Positions 49,985 through 59,582 of a stretch of 64,000 bases of DNA are shown one piece after another. The position numbers and the translations under genes are program-made. How positions within the stretch are numbered: position 1 is the first letter of the stretch; each line of letters starts with the position of its first letter. Under the pieces are notes generated by a model. That model worked only from the letters and a program-made list of their open reading frames with translations. It ran no database searches and was not told where the DNA came from. The stretch comes from a virus: the IMG/VR virus record IMGVR_UViG_3300042563_002443. One strand, 5' to 3'.

Positions 49985-50025
49985 TTATAAACATATTTAT
50001 TAAAAACACAAGGCATCGTATATAC

Positions 50026-50874
50026 ATGAAGAAATTAAAACATTCAAAATATAAAAATACGGGTATACTATTTGAAATGTTGGTTAGGAAACTAACATCT
50101 GAAACATTAACATCAAATAAATCAGTAACTATTGATATTATTAAAAAATATTTTGGCCGAAATACTGAATTATCTAAAGAATTACAATTATACAATTCAT
50201 TAGTTAAAGAACAGTTTCGAAGTGAAGCTCAAGCATTAGATTATATACGGACTGTTAAAGGCGCATATGATAAATTGAATCAAAGTGTGTTAAAACGACA
50301 ACGTTACAATTTAGTAAAAGAAATTTCAGATAAGTTTGTATTTCCGGATATGTCAAAAATGCATATCAATAACTATAAAGTATTAGCGTCTATTAACATG
50401 ATATTTGAATATGCAGAAAATGAAAATCCTAAACAGTTATTGGAATGTAAAAATGTAATAATTGATCATAATTTAATTACAGAACGAGTTGCACCAAAAA
50501 AAGATGAATTAATTGAATCATTTACATCGCAGCCAAAAGATATGCGTTTATTAACATATAAAATATTAGTTGATAAATTTAACGAAAAATATTCAGGATT
50601 AGATGAGTCGCAAAAACAATTATTAAACAAATATATTACTCATGTAAATGATACAAATGCATTGCGTGAATATATTAAAAAAATAATTCCAGGAATTAAA
50701 TCTGATTTAGCAAATCAATCAAAATCTATAACAGACGCAGCAACTAAAATTAAAGTAGCAAAATTATCAGAAATGCTTTGTAATGTTGAATCAATGAAAA
50801 CTATTAAAGAATCACATGTATTATCATTGTTACGTTATTTTGATTTAGTTCGCGAATTACAAGGGATGCATTAA
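50026..50874 (+). CDS. head-module hypothetical protein
   Basis: Between portal and protease; late box at 49993. Confidence 0.75.
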   Translation: MKKLKHSKYKNTGILFEMLVRKLTSETLTSNKSVTIDIIKKYFGRNTELSKELQLYNSLVKEQFRSEAQALDYIRTVKGAYDKLNQSVLKRQRYNLVKEISDKFVFPDMSKMHINNYKVLASINMIFEYAENENPKQLLECKNVIIDHNLITERVAPKKDELIESFTSQPKDMRLLTYKILVDKFNEKYSGLDESQKQLLNKYITHVNDTNALREYIKKIIPGIKSDLANQSKSITDAATKIKVAKLSEMLCNVESMKTIKESHVLSLLRYFDLVRELQGMH

Positions 50875-51557
50875 TGAGATCATTTTTAAAAGAAATTGAA
50901 GACAAATTTTTAGATCTTGAAGAGTCATGTGATAAATGCGACACACCTAAGTCTCAATGTGCATGTGATGACGAGATTGATGAACAAAATGTTACTGGTG
51001 CAATTGCAGGATATAATATACCAGCAGCGTTTGCTAAGCCAGGAAAATGGAAACAAAAAAATGCACAGTATGAATCAAAAACACGAAATCAAGGCCAGTA
51101 CCAGGTTCCAGAGTTTGATGAAGAAGTGCAAGCCGATAAATTTCCATTTGCAATGGATGATGACATTTGGTTAAACAAAGATATGGAATATCCATCTAAA
51201 GATAAAACAAAGACCCCAGGTACGGCTCATAAAAAAGATTTAGATATGGCAAATCGAAAAACTAAACTTCAAGTTGAAGATGTATTAGAAAACAAGTACC
51301 AACAATTAATTGAAAGTTATCGTAATTTTTCTGTAGACGATCCAAAAATATCTCCGGAACGCAAAGTAAAAAATACAATTCAAGAAATTGCAAAAAAGCT
51401 TCAAGAAATTGAAACTATGGTGAATTACAATACTAGATTAAAAACAGAATCTGGAGTGACTTCATCAAACTACGGACCAGGAACACAAAAAGCATTAACA
51501 AAAATATCAGAGAGATTGATTAAAATTTCAGAACGAGTAAGATCACTAGGAGAATAA
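50874..51557 (+). CDS. head-module hypothetical protein (possible prohead core)
   Basis: Coupled ORF with several (L/I)xE sites. Confidence 0.7.
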   Translation: MRSFLKEIEDKFLDLEESCDKCDTPKSQCACDDEIDEQNVTGAIAGYNIPAAFAKPGKWKQKNAQYESKTRNQGQYQVPEFDEEVQADKFPFAMDDDIWLNKDMEYPSKDKTKTPGTAHKKDLDMANRKTKLQVEDVLENKYQQLIESYRNFSVDDPKISPERKVKNTIQEIAKKLQEIETMVNYNTRLKTESGVTSSNYGPGTQKALTKISERLIKISERVRSLGE

Positions 51558-51559
51558 CA

Positions 51560-52189
51560 ATGTCAAAACAACTAATATTAGAATATATACCATTTAAGCC
51601 ATTTGAGTCATTATCAGAATCTTCTGGTGCTGCATATGGTGTACCTGGGGGTGTTGTTGTACAAGGTGTTTTACAAAGAGCAGGCGCAAAAAATCAAAAT
51701 GGTAGAATATATCCTAGAACAATTTTAGAACGAGAATGCAACCGATATCAACAAGAATATATAGATCAACATAGGGCATTAGGTGAATTAGATCACCCAG
51801 AATCATCCGTAGTTAATTTAAACAATGTTTCACACAATGTTTTAAAGATATGGTGGAAAGGCGATGATTTATGCGGAGCAGTACAAATCTTAGAAACACC
51901 AAGTGGTAAAATTCTTAAAGAACTTTTTAAAGCTGGAATAACATTGGGTATTTCTAGTAGAGGTCTAGGCTCAGTTAAAGAACTGCGTAGTGAAGGCACC
52001 GTTGAAGTACAAGAAGACTTTGAATTAATATGTTGGGACTTCGTATCTAATCCATCAACCCAAGGCGCTTTTATGCGTCCTACGCACATGAACGAATCGG
52101 TAGGTAAACAATCTACCGCAAATAAATATAATAAAGTAAACAGTATCATTACATCGATTTTATGTGATGACGGTAAATGCAGGATATAA
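51560..52189 (+). CDS. prohead protease (gp21-like)
   Basis: NQNGRIYP, ALGELDHP, VSH, GISSRGLGS, DFVSNPS. Confidence 0.95.
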   Translation: MSKQLILEYIPFKPFESLSESSGAAYGVPGGVVVQGVLQRAGAKNQNGRIYPRTILERECNRYQQEYIDQHRALGELDHPESSVVNLNNVSHNVLKIWWKGDDLCGAVQILETPSGKILKELFKAGITLGISSRGLGSVKELRSEGTVEVQEDFELICWDFVSNPSTQGAFMRPTHMNESVGKQSTANKYNKVNSIITSILCDDGKCRI

Positions 52190-52190
52190 T

Positions 52191-52568
52191 ATGAACTCAC
52201 CAAATTTAAAAAGAATTTTAGAAATGATCACTGAAGATCAACCACAGCCATTAACTAAACAAGAAAAACAAGAATTTACAAATCAAGTTAAACGGTTTAG
52301 TGAAATGAATCAATCAGTTTACGGAAATGGTGATCTTCAATCTTTAACGGATCGTGTTAAAGACATGATCAACAAAGCTGAACAAATTACAACAGAAGCT
52401 GGAGATTGGTTTGATAATGTAACAATTAAACGTCACATGAAAAACTTGAATGATTCATATCGTGTATTTGAATCAACAGCAAAAGAAATGAGCCAGCTGC
52501 AACAACGTTTAAGTGCAGCTTATGAAGATATTGCACAAGGATTAAATAAATATTTTGATGTTAATTAA
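52191..52568 (+). CDS. hypothetical coiled-coil protein
   Basis: ATG 52191 after AGGA; LKRILEMITE leader-like N-terminus. Confidence 0.7.
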   Translation: MNSPNLKRILEMITEDQPQPLTKQEKQEFTNQVKRFSEMNQSVYGNGDLQSLTDRVKDMINKAEQITTEAGDWFDNVTIKRHMKNLNDSYRVFESTAKEMSQLQQRLSAAYEDIAQGLNKYFDVN

Positions 52569-52569
52569 T

Positions 52570-52598
52570 TTGGATTTTTAAATAAAAAATATTATAAT
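52570..52598 (+). promoter_or_regulatory. sigma70-like promoter TTGGAT-N17-TATAAT
   Basis: Inside the head cluster, upstream of ORF 52610 and bS21. Confidence 0.7.
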
Positions 52599-52609
52599 AT
52601 ATAGGTAAA

Positions 52610-53599
52610 ATGATGAATCGAATCAAACAAATGTATAAAGACTTTTTTGGCTATCGACTTAATGAAGCTGCATATGTTCCATACAACATAATGGATTTTG
52701 CTAAAAATAAAGGACCTTATGCAGTAGCGCTTGTTAAGAAAGCAGCAACATGGGCAGAAAAGTCCGGCAAAAGAATCAGCGGCGGAACGGCTATTGGTAA
52801 AAATTATAGCACTATTATCTTAGATATGAAACATCAAGGAGCTGAAATTTATATTAATCTAGATAATGAAACTATTGAATTGTTTGGTGAAGAAGTTTAT
52901 GATGCAAAATCATTTGCTCAAGTATTTAAAACTATGTCTGATACTAACAATATTATATTTTCAATTAATGACGAAAAATTAGATGATATATTGCAAGCAA
53001 ATCATCGTAGAGAATTAGAATATAGAAAAGATGTAACGGGTGATGTATATTATATATTACCAATAAAAGAGTTTGATCGATTTATTGGTTATGCAGATTC
53101 TGCAGGATATGATGTAGATTATGAAAACTCAGAAAATTCAGTAATTTATGTTGCAGACGCTGAAATTAAATTACGTGAACAAAACACCGGAACAATTTCA
53201 ACTAAAGATCCAAAGCAAGCTGAAGAACTTGCAAAAAAAGGAATCAACGTTAGTTTGTCAGAAGATGAATTAGACGAAGCTCAGCTTATTAATCATATGA
53301 CTGATTATCGTGGAGGAGTTGAATATGTAGTACGTGATGTAGCAGAAGCACAATCAGTTTCACAAAATATTCAACAATGGGCTGAGAAAAAAGGATTTAC
53401 TGTTGTTAACAAGAAAATTTCAAAATCAGGTCGAGTTGGATATTTTTATTTTAGACTAGGCGAAAACCCATCACAAGAATCACAAAAGATACAAGGATAT
53501 ATTTCACAAATGCCAAGTATTAAACATTTTAGATTTCGCGTAAGATCACAAAATTCTAGACCAACACAACCAGCACAACCAACGCCAGATATGGTATAA
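52610..53599 (+). CDS. hypothetical multi-module protein
   Basis: 329 aa; segments separated by LNE/LRE/LDE sites. Confidence 0.7.
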   Translation: MMNRIKQMYKDFFGYRLNEAAYVPYNIMDFAKNKGPYAVALVKKAATWAEKSGKRISGGTAIGKNYSTIILDMKHQGAEIYINLDNETIELFGEEVYDAKSFAQVFKTMSDTNNIIFSINDEKLDDILQANHRRELEYRKDVTGDVYYILPIKEFDRFIGYADSAGYDVDYENSENSVIYVADAEIKLREQNTGTISTKDPKQAEELAKKGINVSLSEDELDEAQLINHMTDYRGGVEYVVRDVAEAQSVSQNIQQWAEKKGFTVVNKKISKSGRVGYFYFRLGENPSQESQKIQGYISQMPSIKHFRFRVRSQNSRPTQPAQPTPDMV

Positions 53600-53620
53600 A
53601 CAATTTATTAAACAAGTTAT

Positions 53621-53866
53621 ATGAGTAAAAAACAAAAACAACATCAAGCAATTGTCCCAGGCAATACATTAGCAGTAAAAGTTACCGGATCATCGCGAGA
53701 AGATTTAGCATATGCCCTTAAAGCATGGAAACGCAAAATAAAATCATCGGGAATTTTAGAAGAAGTAAAAGAACGAAAAGAATTTATTAAGCCTAGCGTC
53801 AAAAAAAGAAAACAATTACAAAATGCAAAATTTATGCAAATGGTAAGAGATTTACACGCAAATTAA
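53621..53866 (+). CDS. rpsU: phage-encoded 30S ribosomal protein bS21
   Basis: VKV...LAYALKAWKRKIKSSGILEEVKERKEFIKPSVKKR matches bS21; carries an N-terminal extension of about 15 aa. Confidence 0.9.
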   Translation: MSKKQKQHQAIVPGNTLAVKVTGSSREDLAYALKAWKRKIKSSGILEEVKERKEFIKPSVKKRKQLQNAKFMQMVRDLHAN

Positions 53867-53887
53867 AATTTAATTGATTTAAAATAT

Positions 53888-53922
53888 AAGCCCCTTCTTA
53901 AAAAGTTGGGGCTTTTTTACTG
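53888..53922 (+). terminator. intrinsic terminator with TTTTACTG tail
   Basis: AAGCCCC...GGGGCTTTTTTACTG after bS21. Confidence 0.8.
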
Positions 53923-53939
53923 ATTTTTTATTTTTGCTT

Positions 53940-53947
53940 ATATTTAT
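53940..53947 (+). promoter_or_regulatory. putative late promoter box ATATTTAT for scaffold/capsid operon
   Basis: Followed by a ~100-nt hairpin-containing leader and AAGGAG. Confidence 0.65.
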
Positions 53948-54053
53948 TTTAGAATACGCTATTACAACATATATAGCGTTTATAGACAATTAAAATATTC
54001 TATTAAGATTTCAAATAATCTTATTTCCAAAAACAAATTTAAGGAGAAAAACT

Positions 54054-55040
54054 ATGGCAAAATCAGATTTGCTAAAAGAAGCAATTGCCGACGCTCGTGC
54101 TGTTAAAGAAACTGCATTAGCAAACGCAAAAATTGCTTTACAAGAAGCATTCGCTCCCCGCTTAGAAAGAATGTTAGCTACAAAACTAACAAATGAAATT
54201 GAGGGTGAAGAAGAATTGCAAGAACCAAATTTGGATGATATGGGTGACGATGTCCCTGTAGAAGACGAAACAACAGACGGTGCTGTTGATTGGGTTGACA
54301 ATGATATTTCATTCTCAGTAGGTGGAAACACTTATGATGCTGAGATTGATAATTCAATGGAAGACGAACCAGTTGCAGAACCAGAAATGGGTGGTGAAGA
54401 AGAAGCACCAATGTCAAATGACGAAATGTCAGACGAGTACAATGAAAACTATGAGATGGATGAAGATCTAAATCTTGAAGCAATCATTCGCGAGTTAGAA
54501 GGCGATTTAGACGAACCAGAAATGGAAGAACCAGAAATGGAAGAGCCAATGATGGAAGGCGAGGAATATGCTGAAGAAGACGATTCGGATATGAACATTG
54601 ATGAAATCATTGAATCGATCCTACGTGAAGAAGAAGAAGATGTGCCTGCAGCAAAAGCAGACGATGAAGTTGAAGCAGTAAAAGAAGAATTGGAAGAAGC
54701 TTATAATACAGTTCGTCAATTGAAATCTATTATCAACGAAGTTAATCTTTTAAATGCAAAACTTCTTTACACAAACAAATTGTTTCGCAATTTTGAATTG
54801 TCAGAAAATCAAAAAATGAAAGTAATTGAAAATTTTGATAGAGCTGGTAATACAAGAGAAGTGAAATTAGTATTTAGTACGTTAGCTGAATCATTTAAAC
54901 GTCCAACAACAAAGAAACGTGTAGTTAAGGAATCATATGCATCTAAACCAGTTGCAACAACGGCTCCTAAATCTACAAATATTATTAATGAAGGATTTGA
55001 CCAAGCAGAACGATGGAAAAAATTAGCAGGATTGCTATAA
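54054..55040 (+). CDS. prohead core scaffolding protein (gp22-like)
   Basis: Very acidic coiled-coil protein directly upstream of the major capsid gene. Confidence 0.8.
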   Translation: MAKSDLLKEAIADARAVKETALANAKIALQEAFAPRLERMLATKLTNEIEGEEELQEPNLDDMGDDVPVEDETTDGAVDWVDNDISFSVGGNTYDAEIDNSMEDEPVAEPEMGGEEEAPMSNDEMSDEYNENYEMDEDLNLEAIIRELEGDLDEPEMEEPEMEEPMMEGEEYAEEDDSDMNIDEIIESILREEEEDVPAAKADDEVEAVKEELEEAYNTVRQLKSIINEVNLLNAKLLYTNKLFRNFELSENQKMKVIENFDRAGNTREVKLVFSTLAESFKRPTTKKRVVKESYASKPVATTAPKSTNIINEGFDQAERWKKLAGLL

Positions 55041-55068
55041 ACATTTTAAAAAAAAAGGAAAACAAAAA

Positions 55069-56730
55069 ATGAGTATTTCAAATTTATTACAAACTAACGA
55101 TTTCGTTCAAAGAAACAATGCTAAATTAGCAGTTTCTAAATGGGAGAAGACAGGTTTGTTAGAAGGTCTTAGAACCGAAACAGAAAAAGCCGGTATGGCT
55201 CAATTGCTTGAGAACCAAGCAAGACAACTAGTAAAAGAAGCATCATCTACAGGAACAACTGCAGGATCAGAAGAATGGGCAGGAGTTGCTCTTCCATTGG
55301 TTCGTCGTATTTTTGCTGAATTTGCTGCAAAAGAATTCGTATCAGTTCAACCAATGAACTTGCCATCAGGTCTAGTATTTTACTTAGACTTTAAATATGG
55401 TACAGCTCAACCAGGATTTGATAATGACAACAACAGCAGATCAGGTGATCCATTTGGTTCTCCTAACGCTGACGATTCATTGTTTGGTGTAACAAGCACA
55501 ACGTTGGATCCATCAGGTGGTTTATATGGCGCAGGCCGATTTGGTTATTCAATCAATGAAACTTCAAGTGTAGTATTAGCAACAACGGCATCTGCCGCAA
55601 CTGCTGGTTCAGGATCTGTTAACTTTGATGCTAGCTATACAGGAACATTGTCAGGTTACAGCGTTGTTTATGTAGCAGCAACCGCTTTATCAAGCTCTGA
55701 TTTAACTGCAGTAAGATCATTTGTATTAACATCTGGTTCAAATATTACAGCAGCAATGAACGTTCCTGCATTTACAAAATACAATGCATCATCAGGTAAT
55801 GTTGAATTCTTTATTTCAAAATCAGCAGGGATGAATGGTACAACAGGATATACTGTATCGTATAGCAAACAACCGCTTGATTATGCTAGAGGTGATTTTG
55901 AAGACAACAAAGGATCAGCAGGCGCAGGAACATCAGGCTTGAATGCTGATATTGACATTCCAGAAATCAACTTGGAAATGCAATCAGATCCAATCGTTGC
56001 CAAGACTCGTAAGTTGAAAGCAGTTTGGACTCCAGAATTTGCTCAAGATTTAAATGCTTACCATTCAATTGATGCTGAAGCTGAATTAACTTCAATGTTG
56101 TCTGAGTATGTATCCATGGAAATCGATTTAGAGATCTTAGATATGTTAATCTCTGCAGCACCAACAACTGAATATTGGTCAGCATTGAACAACAACTTCT
56201 TCAACTCAGCAACTAACACATTCGTTCAATCGGGCGCAGGTGCAGCAACATCTTTAGGTGATGGATATTACAACACACAAGGTGGTTGGTTTCAAACATT
56301 AGGTACAAAACTTCAAAAAGTATCTAATAAGATTCACCAAAAAACTTTAAGAGGTGGTGCGAACTTCTTAGTAACTAGTCCAGCAGTAGCAACAATCCTT
56401 GAGTCTATCCCAGGATTTGCAGCTGAAACAGATGGCACTAAGATGGAATTTGCAGCAGGTGTACAAAAAATTGGTGCAATTAATAACCGATACACTGTAT
56501 ACAAAAACCCATACATGACAGAAAACATAATCTTAATGGGATTCAGAGGAGCACAGTTCTTAGAAACAGGAGCAGTATTTAGTCCTTATATTCCATTAAT
56601 TATGACTCCGTTAGTATACGATCCAGTTAACTTCACTCCACGTAAAGGTGTTATGACACGTTACGCGAAGAAAGTAGTTCGTCCAGAATTCTACGGAAAA
56701 GTATATGTTCATGGTTTAAATGCAATTTAA
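55069..56730 (+). CDS. major capsid protein (gp23-like)
   Basis: LLENQ, PLVRR, VQPMNLPSGLVF, AKTRKLKAVWTPEFAQDL, PYIPL, GVMTRYA. Confidence 0.97.
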   Translation: MSISNLLQTNDFVQRNNAKLAVSKWEKTGLLEGLRTETEKAGMAQLLENQARQLVKEASSTGTTAGSEEWAGVALPLVRRIFAEFAAKEFVSVQPMNLPSGLVFYLDFKYGTAQPGFDNDNNSRSGDPFGSPNADDSLFGVTSTTLDPSGGLYGAGRFGYSINETSSVVLATTASAATAGSGSVNFDASYTGTLSGYSVVYVAATALSSSDLTAVRSFVLTSGSNITAAMNVPAFTKYNASSGNVEFFISKSAGMNGTTGYTVSYSKQPLDYARGDFEDNKGSAGAGTSGLNADIDIPEINLEMQSDPIVAKTRKLKAVWTPEFAQDLNAYHSIDAEAELTSMLSEYVSMEIDLEILDMLISAAPTTEYWSALNNNFFNSATNTFVQSGAGAATSLGDGYYNTQGGWFQTLGTKLQKVSNKIHQKTLRGGANFLVTSPAVATILESIPGFAAETDGTKMEFAAGVQKIGAINNRYTVYKNPYMTENIILMGFRGAQFLETGAVFSPYIPLIMTPLVYDPVNFTPRKGVMTRYAKKVVRPEFYGKVYVHGLNAI

Positions 56731-56776
56731 TAGTTAGTTAATTAATTTAATTACTAGTTAAATAATTAAAGGAATG

Positions 56777-56810
56777 AAAAGGGGTGGCTTCGGTCATCCC
56801 TTTTTTACTG
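56777..56810 (+). terminator. intrinsic terminator (UUCG loop) with TTTTACTG tail
   Basis: GGGGTGGC-TTCG-GTCATCCC-TTTTTTACTG. Confidence 0.9.
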
Positions 56811-56841
56811 TACAAATATTTATAATAAAGGAAAAATATAT

Positions 56842-57117
56842 ATGGCAGTTCCAAGAAATAAATATTCAATGCAAGCTATCATTCGTTATGACGGACGTTT
56901 GGTTGATGTTCTAGATCGAATTCGAGCAATCCGTTTAGTACTTATGGTGCATATTGAACAAGATTTAGGAAAAAATAAAGAATTAATTACAATCAAAGTT
57001 ATGACTCCTTATCCAGCCCGCGAAACATTTAAAGCAATTCGACAAATGGCCTTAGGAAAAATTGAAACATGTAAAGACATAACTTTACAAGAATCTACAC
57101 TTACAAAATTATCTTAA
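56842..57117 (+). CDS. small hypothetical protein (late)
   Basis: Late box at 56816-56823; AAGGA SD. Confidence 0.7.
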   Translation: MAVPRNKYSMQAIIRYDGRLVDVLDRIRAIRLVLMVHIEQDLGKNKELITIKVMTPYPARETFKAIRQMALGKIETCKDITLQESTLTKLS

Positions 57118-57129
57118 TTAAATTAAATT

Positions 57130-57789
57130 ATGGCTACACTAAACAAGGAAAAAACTCCACCGAAAACTGAAATTAAATTTTCAATTACATTATCTGAAGA
57201 ACAAAAATTAGCAAAAGCAAAAATCATTGAAACACCTTTTAATTTTATTTTAGGAGCAGCTGGTTCAGGCAAAACATTGTTAGCAGTTCAAATAGCATTG
57301 GACATGTTTTTTAAACGAAGAGTCAATAAAATTATAATAACAAGACCTACAGTATCAAATGAAGATAATGGATTTTTGCCAGGATCACTTAATGAAAAGA
57401 TGGAGCCATGGTTAGTTCCAATTCGTAGTAATATGCGTAAAGTTTACAATAAACCAGAATTACTAGAAAAAATGGAAAAGGAAGAAAATATTGAACTAGT
57501 TTCATTAGCACACTTTCGAGGAAGAACATTTGATAATGCTGTTTGTATAGTAGATGAATTTCAAAACTTGACAAAAGAACAATTAAAAATGGTATTATCT
57601 AGATTAGGTAAAGACAGTATCATGATTTTATGTGGCGACAAATATCAAGTAGATTTAAAATTTAAAAATGATTCTGCAACTCACGAAGTTCCAAAACTAC
57701 GAGATTCAATTTGGGTCAATGAAATTGTTTTATTGGATAATCATCGACATGAAGCTTTACATGATATTTTATCTCGTTTAAATGATTAA
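57130..57789 (+). CDS. phoH: PhoH-family ATPase
   Basis: GAAGSGKT, ITRP, GFLPG, RGRTF, IVDEFQN, RLG, GDKYQVD. Confidence 0.95.
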   Translation: MATLNKEKTPPKTEIKFSITLSEEQKLAKAKIIETPFNFILGAAGSGKTLLAVQIALDMFFKRRVNKIIITRPTVSNEDNGFLPGSLNEKMEPWLVPIRSNMRKVYNKPELLEKMEKEENIELVSLAHFRGRTFDNAVCIVDEFQNLTKEQLKMVLSRLGKDSIMILCGDKYQVDLKFKNDSATHEVPKLRDSIWVNEIVLLDNHRHEALHDILSRLND

Positions 57790-57818
57790 CAACAATATTT
57801 ATATAAAAGGAACAAATA

Positions 57819-59048
57819 ATGGATTACAGCACAAATAAACCAATCTGGCCCGGAAGTTCATCTTTCACAACAGGATCTACGCCTTTTGGATTTTTTGATA
57901 CTGATGCCATGTTCCAAAAACATGCAGATAGCTTCGCAAAATATGCTGCTCAACATATTGGATATCCGATCATGGATATTGAACTTTTAGATATAAACTT
58001 CTATACAGCATTTGAAGCATCTGTAATGGAATATTCAAATCAAGTTAATCAAGTTAACATTGTTAACAATTTGATGAATACATTGGGTATTCAAACAGGC
58101 TCCGGATTTATGTCAGGTTCAAGCTTCACGGGACAACAAATAGGTAATTCATTTGGATACATATCAAAACTATCAAAAGCATATGGCACAGAAGCTGATT
58201 CGGGAGGAACAGCAAAGTGGTATAAAGCTAAAGTAGATATGATTCCGGGACAACAGACATATAGTATTCGAACCGCAGTATCTAAATCTTTAGGAATTAA
58301 TTTAACAAATACTAGTTCAATTGAAATTAAACGAGTGCTTCACAATCCACCGCCAGCAATTGTTAGATATTTTGACCCATTTGTTGGAACTGGATTAGGT
58401 TCTCAACAATTACTTGATTCATTTGGATTTGGTGGAATGTCTCCATCAATTAGTTTCATGATGATGCCAATACATGCAGATTTATTGAGATTACAGGCAA
58501 TTGAATTTAATGATCAAATACGTAAGTCACACTACACTTTTGAAGTACATGGAGATGATATCAAATTTTGGCCGGTACCGACATCAGGAACAGGTTCAGC
58601 ATCGTCAACAATATTTTATGGATCTGTATGGTTTGAATTTTTATTTGAAGAAGATAAAAACAATGATGCACTTTTATTCGGCAATACAGCTCTTATAAAC
58701 GGGGCAGTAAGTGACGCATCAAATATACCATATACATATCAAACATACAGTAGCATTAATGATATGGGGCGTGCGTGGATTATAAAATACGGATCAGCAT
58801 TAGCAAAAGAAATGTTAGGATTTGTACGTGGAAAATATAGTTCAATTCCTATTCCTAATTCAGAAATAACATTAAACGGCTCAGAATTAATATCACAAGG
58901 TCAAACTGAAAAAGGTGAATTAATAACTCAACTACGAGAATTTTTAGATAAAATGACCAAAGAGCAAATGCTAACAAGACAAAATACAGAAGCAACTCAA
59001 ATGAATGAAATTCTTGCAAAAGTTCCATTAAAAATTTATGTTGGATAA
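57819..59048 (+). CDS. neck/head-tail adaptor protein (gp13-like)
   Basis: GYPIMDIEL N-terminus; WIIKYGSALAKEMLG..RGKY...ITLNG C-terminus; late box at 57795. Confidence 0.8.
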   Translation: MDYSTNKPIWPGSSSFTTGSTPFGFFDTDAMFQKHADSFAKYAAQHIGYPIMDIELLDINFYTAFEASVMEYSNQVNQVNIVNNLMNTLGIQTGSGFMSGSSFTGQQIGNSFGYISKLSKAYGTEADSGGTAKWYKAKVDMIPGQQTYSIRTAVSKSLGINLTNTSSIEIKRVLHNPPPAIVRYFDPFVGTGLGSQQLLDSFGFGGMSPSISFMMMPIHADLLRLQAIEFNDQIRKSHYTFEVHGDDIKFWPVPTSGTGSASSTIFYGSVWFEFLFEEDKNNDALLFGNTALINGAVSDASNIPYTYQTYSSINDMGRAWIIKYGSALAKEMLGFVRGKYSSIPIPNSEITLNGSELISQGQTEKGELITQLREFLDKMTKEQMLTRQNTEATQMNEILAKVPLKIYVG

Positions 59049-59060
59049 CGGAGAACACTT

Positions 59061-59582
59061 ATGGCACTATTTGGAGGAATTAGAGATGCTCGATTTTTAG
59101 CTGCAGTTAATTCGGAATTGCTTAATTCAATTATTGATACTGAAATTGAGTTTTTTAAATTAATAGTAGAATCTAGCAATTCAAATATATATGGCGAATC
59201 AGAATCAAAAGCATTCAATGATTCTATTTTGATTCCATGTTTAATTACCAAAGAAACAAAAACAGCAAACATGGATGATTTTGGTCATTCATATACAAGA
59301 ACAGCACAATTTGCAATATCACGAGATATTTTAGAACGAGCTTCATTTTTTCCTGAAGTTGGAGACATTGTATTTTGGGACAATGAATATTATGAATTAG
59401 ACAACATTGATGCAAATCAATACTTTGCAGGAAAGAATCCAGAAACATGGCCAAATGGATCACAACATGGTTACAGTGTTTCTGTATTATGTGAATCTCA
59501 TGCAACAAAACAAACACCGCAAGGAATTAAAGATATACGACGAGGCGGAAATAATAATTCGCCGGCATATAAAGGATATTAA
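59061..59582 (+). CDS. head closure/neck protein (gp14-like)
   Basis: NIYGES, PEVGDIV motifs; position after gp13. Confidence 0.7.
   Translation: MALFGGIRDARFLAAVNSELLNSIIDTEIEFFKLIVESSNSNIYGESESKAFNDSILIPCLITKETKTANMDDFGHSYTRTAQFAISRDILERASFFPEVGDIVFWDNEYYELDNIDANQYFAGKNPETWPNGSQHGYSVSVLCESHATKQTPQGIKDIRRGGNNNSPAYKGY

Noticed and set aside
46512-56730. Introns, inteins or homing endonucleases in terminase, portal or capsid genes
   Set aside because: ORFs are continuous and of ordinary length, with no splice-junction or LAGLIDADG/HNH motifs seen
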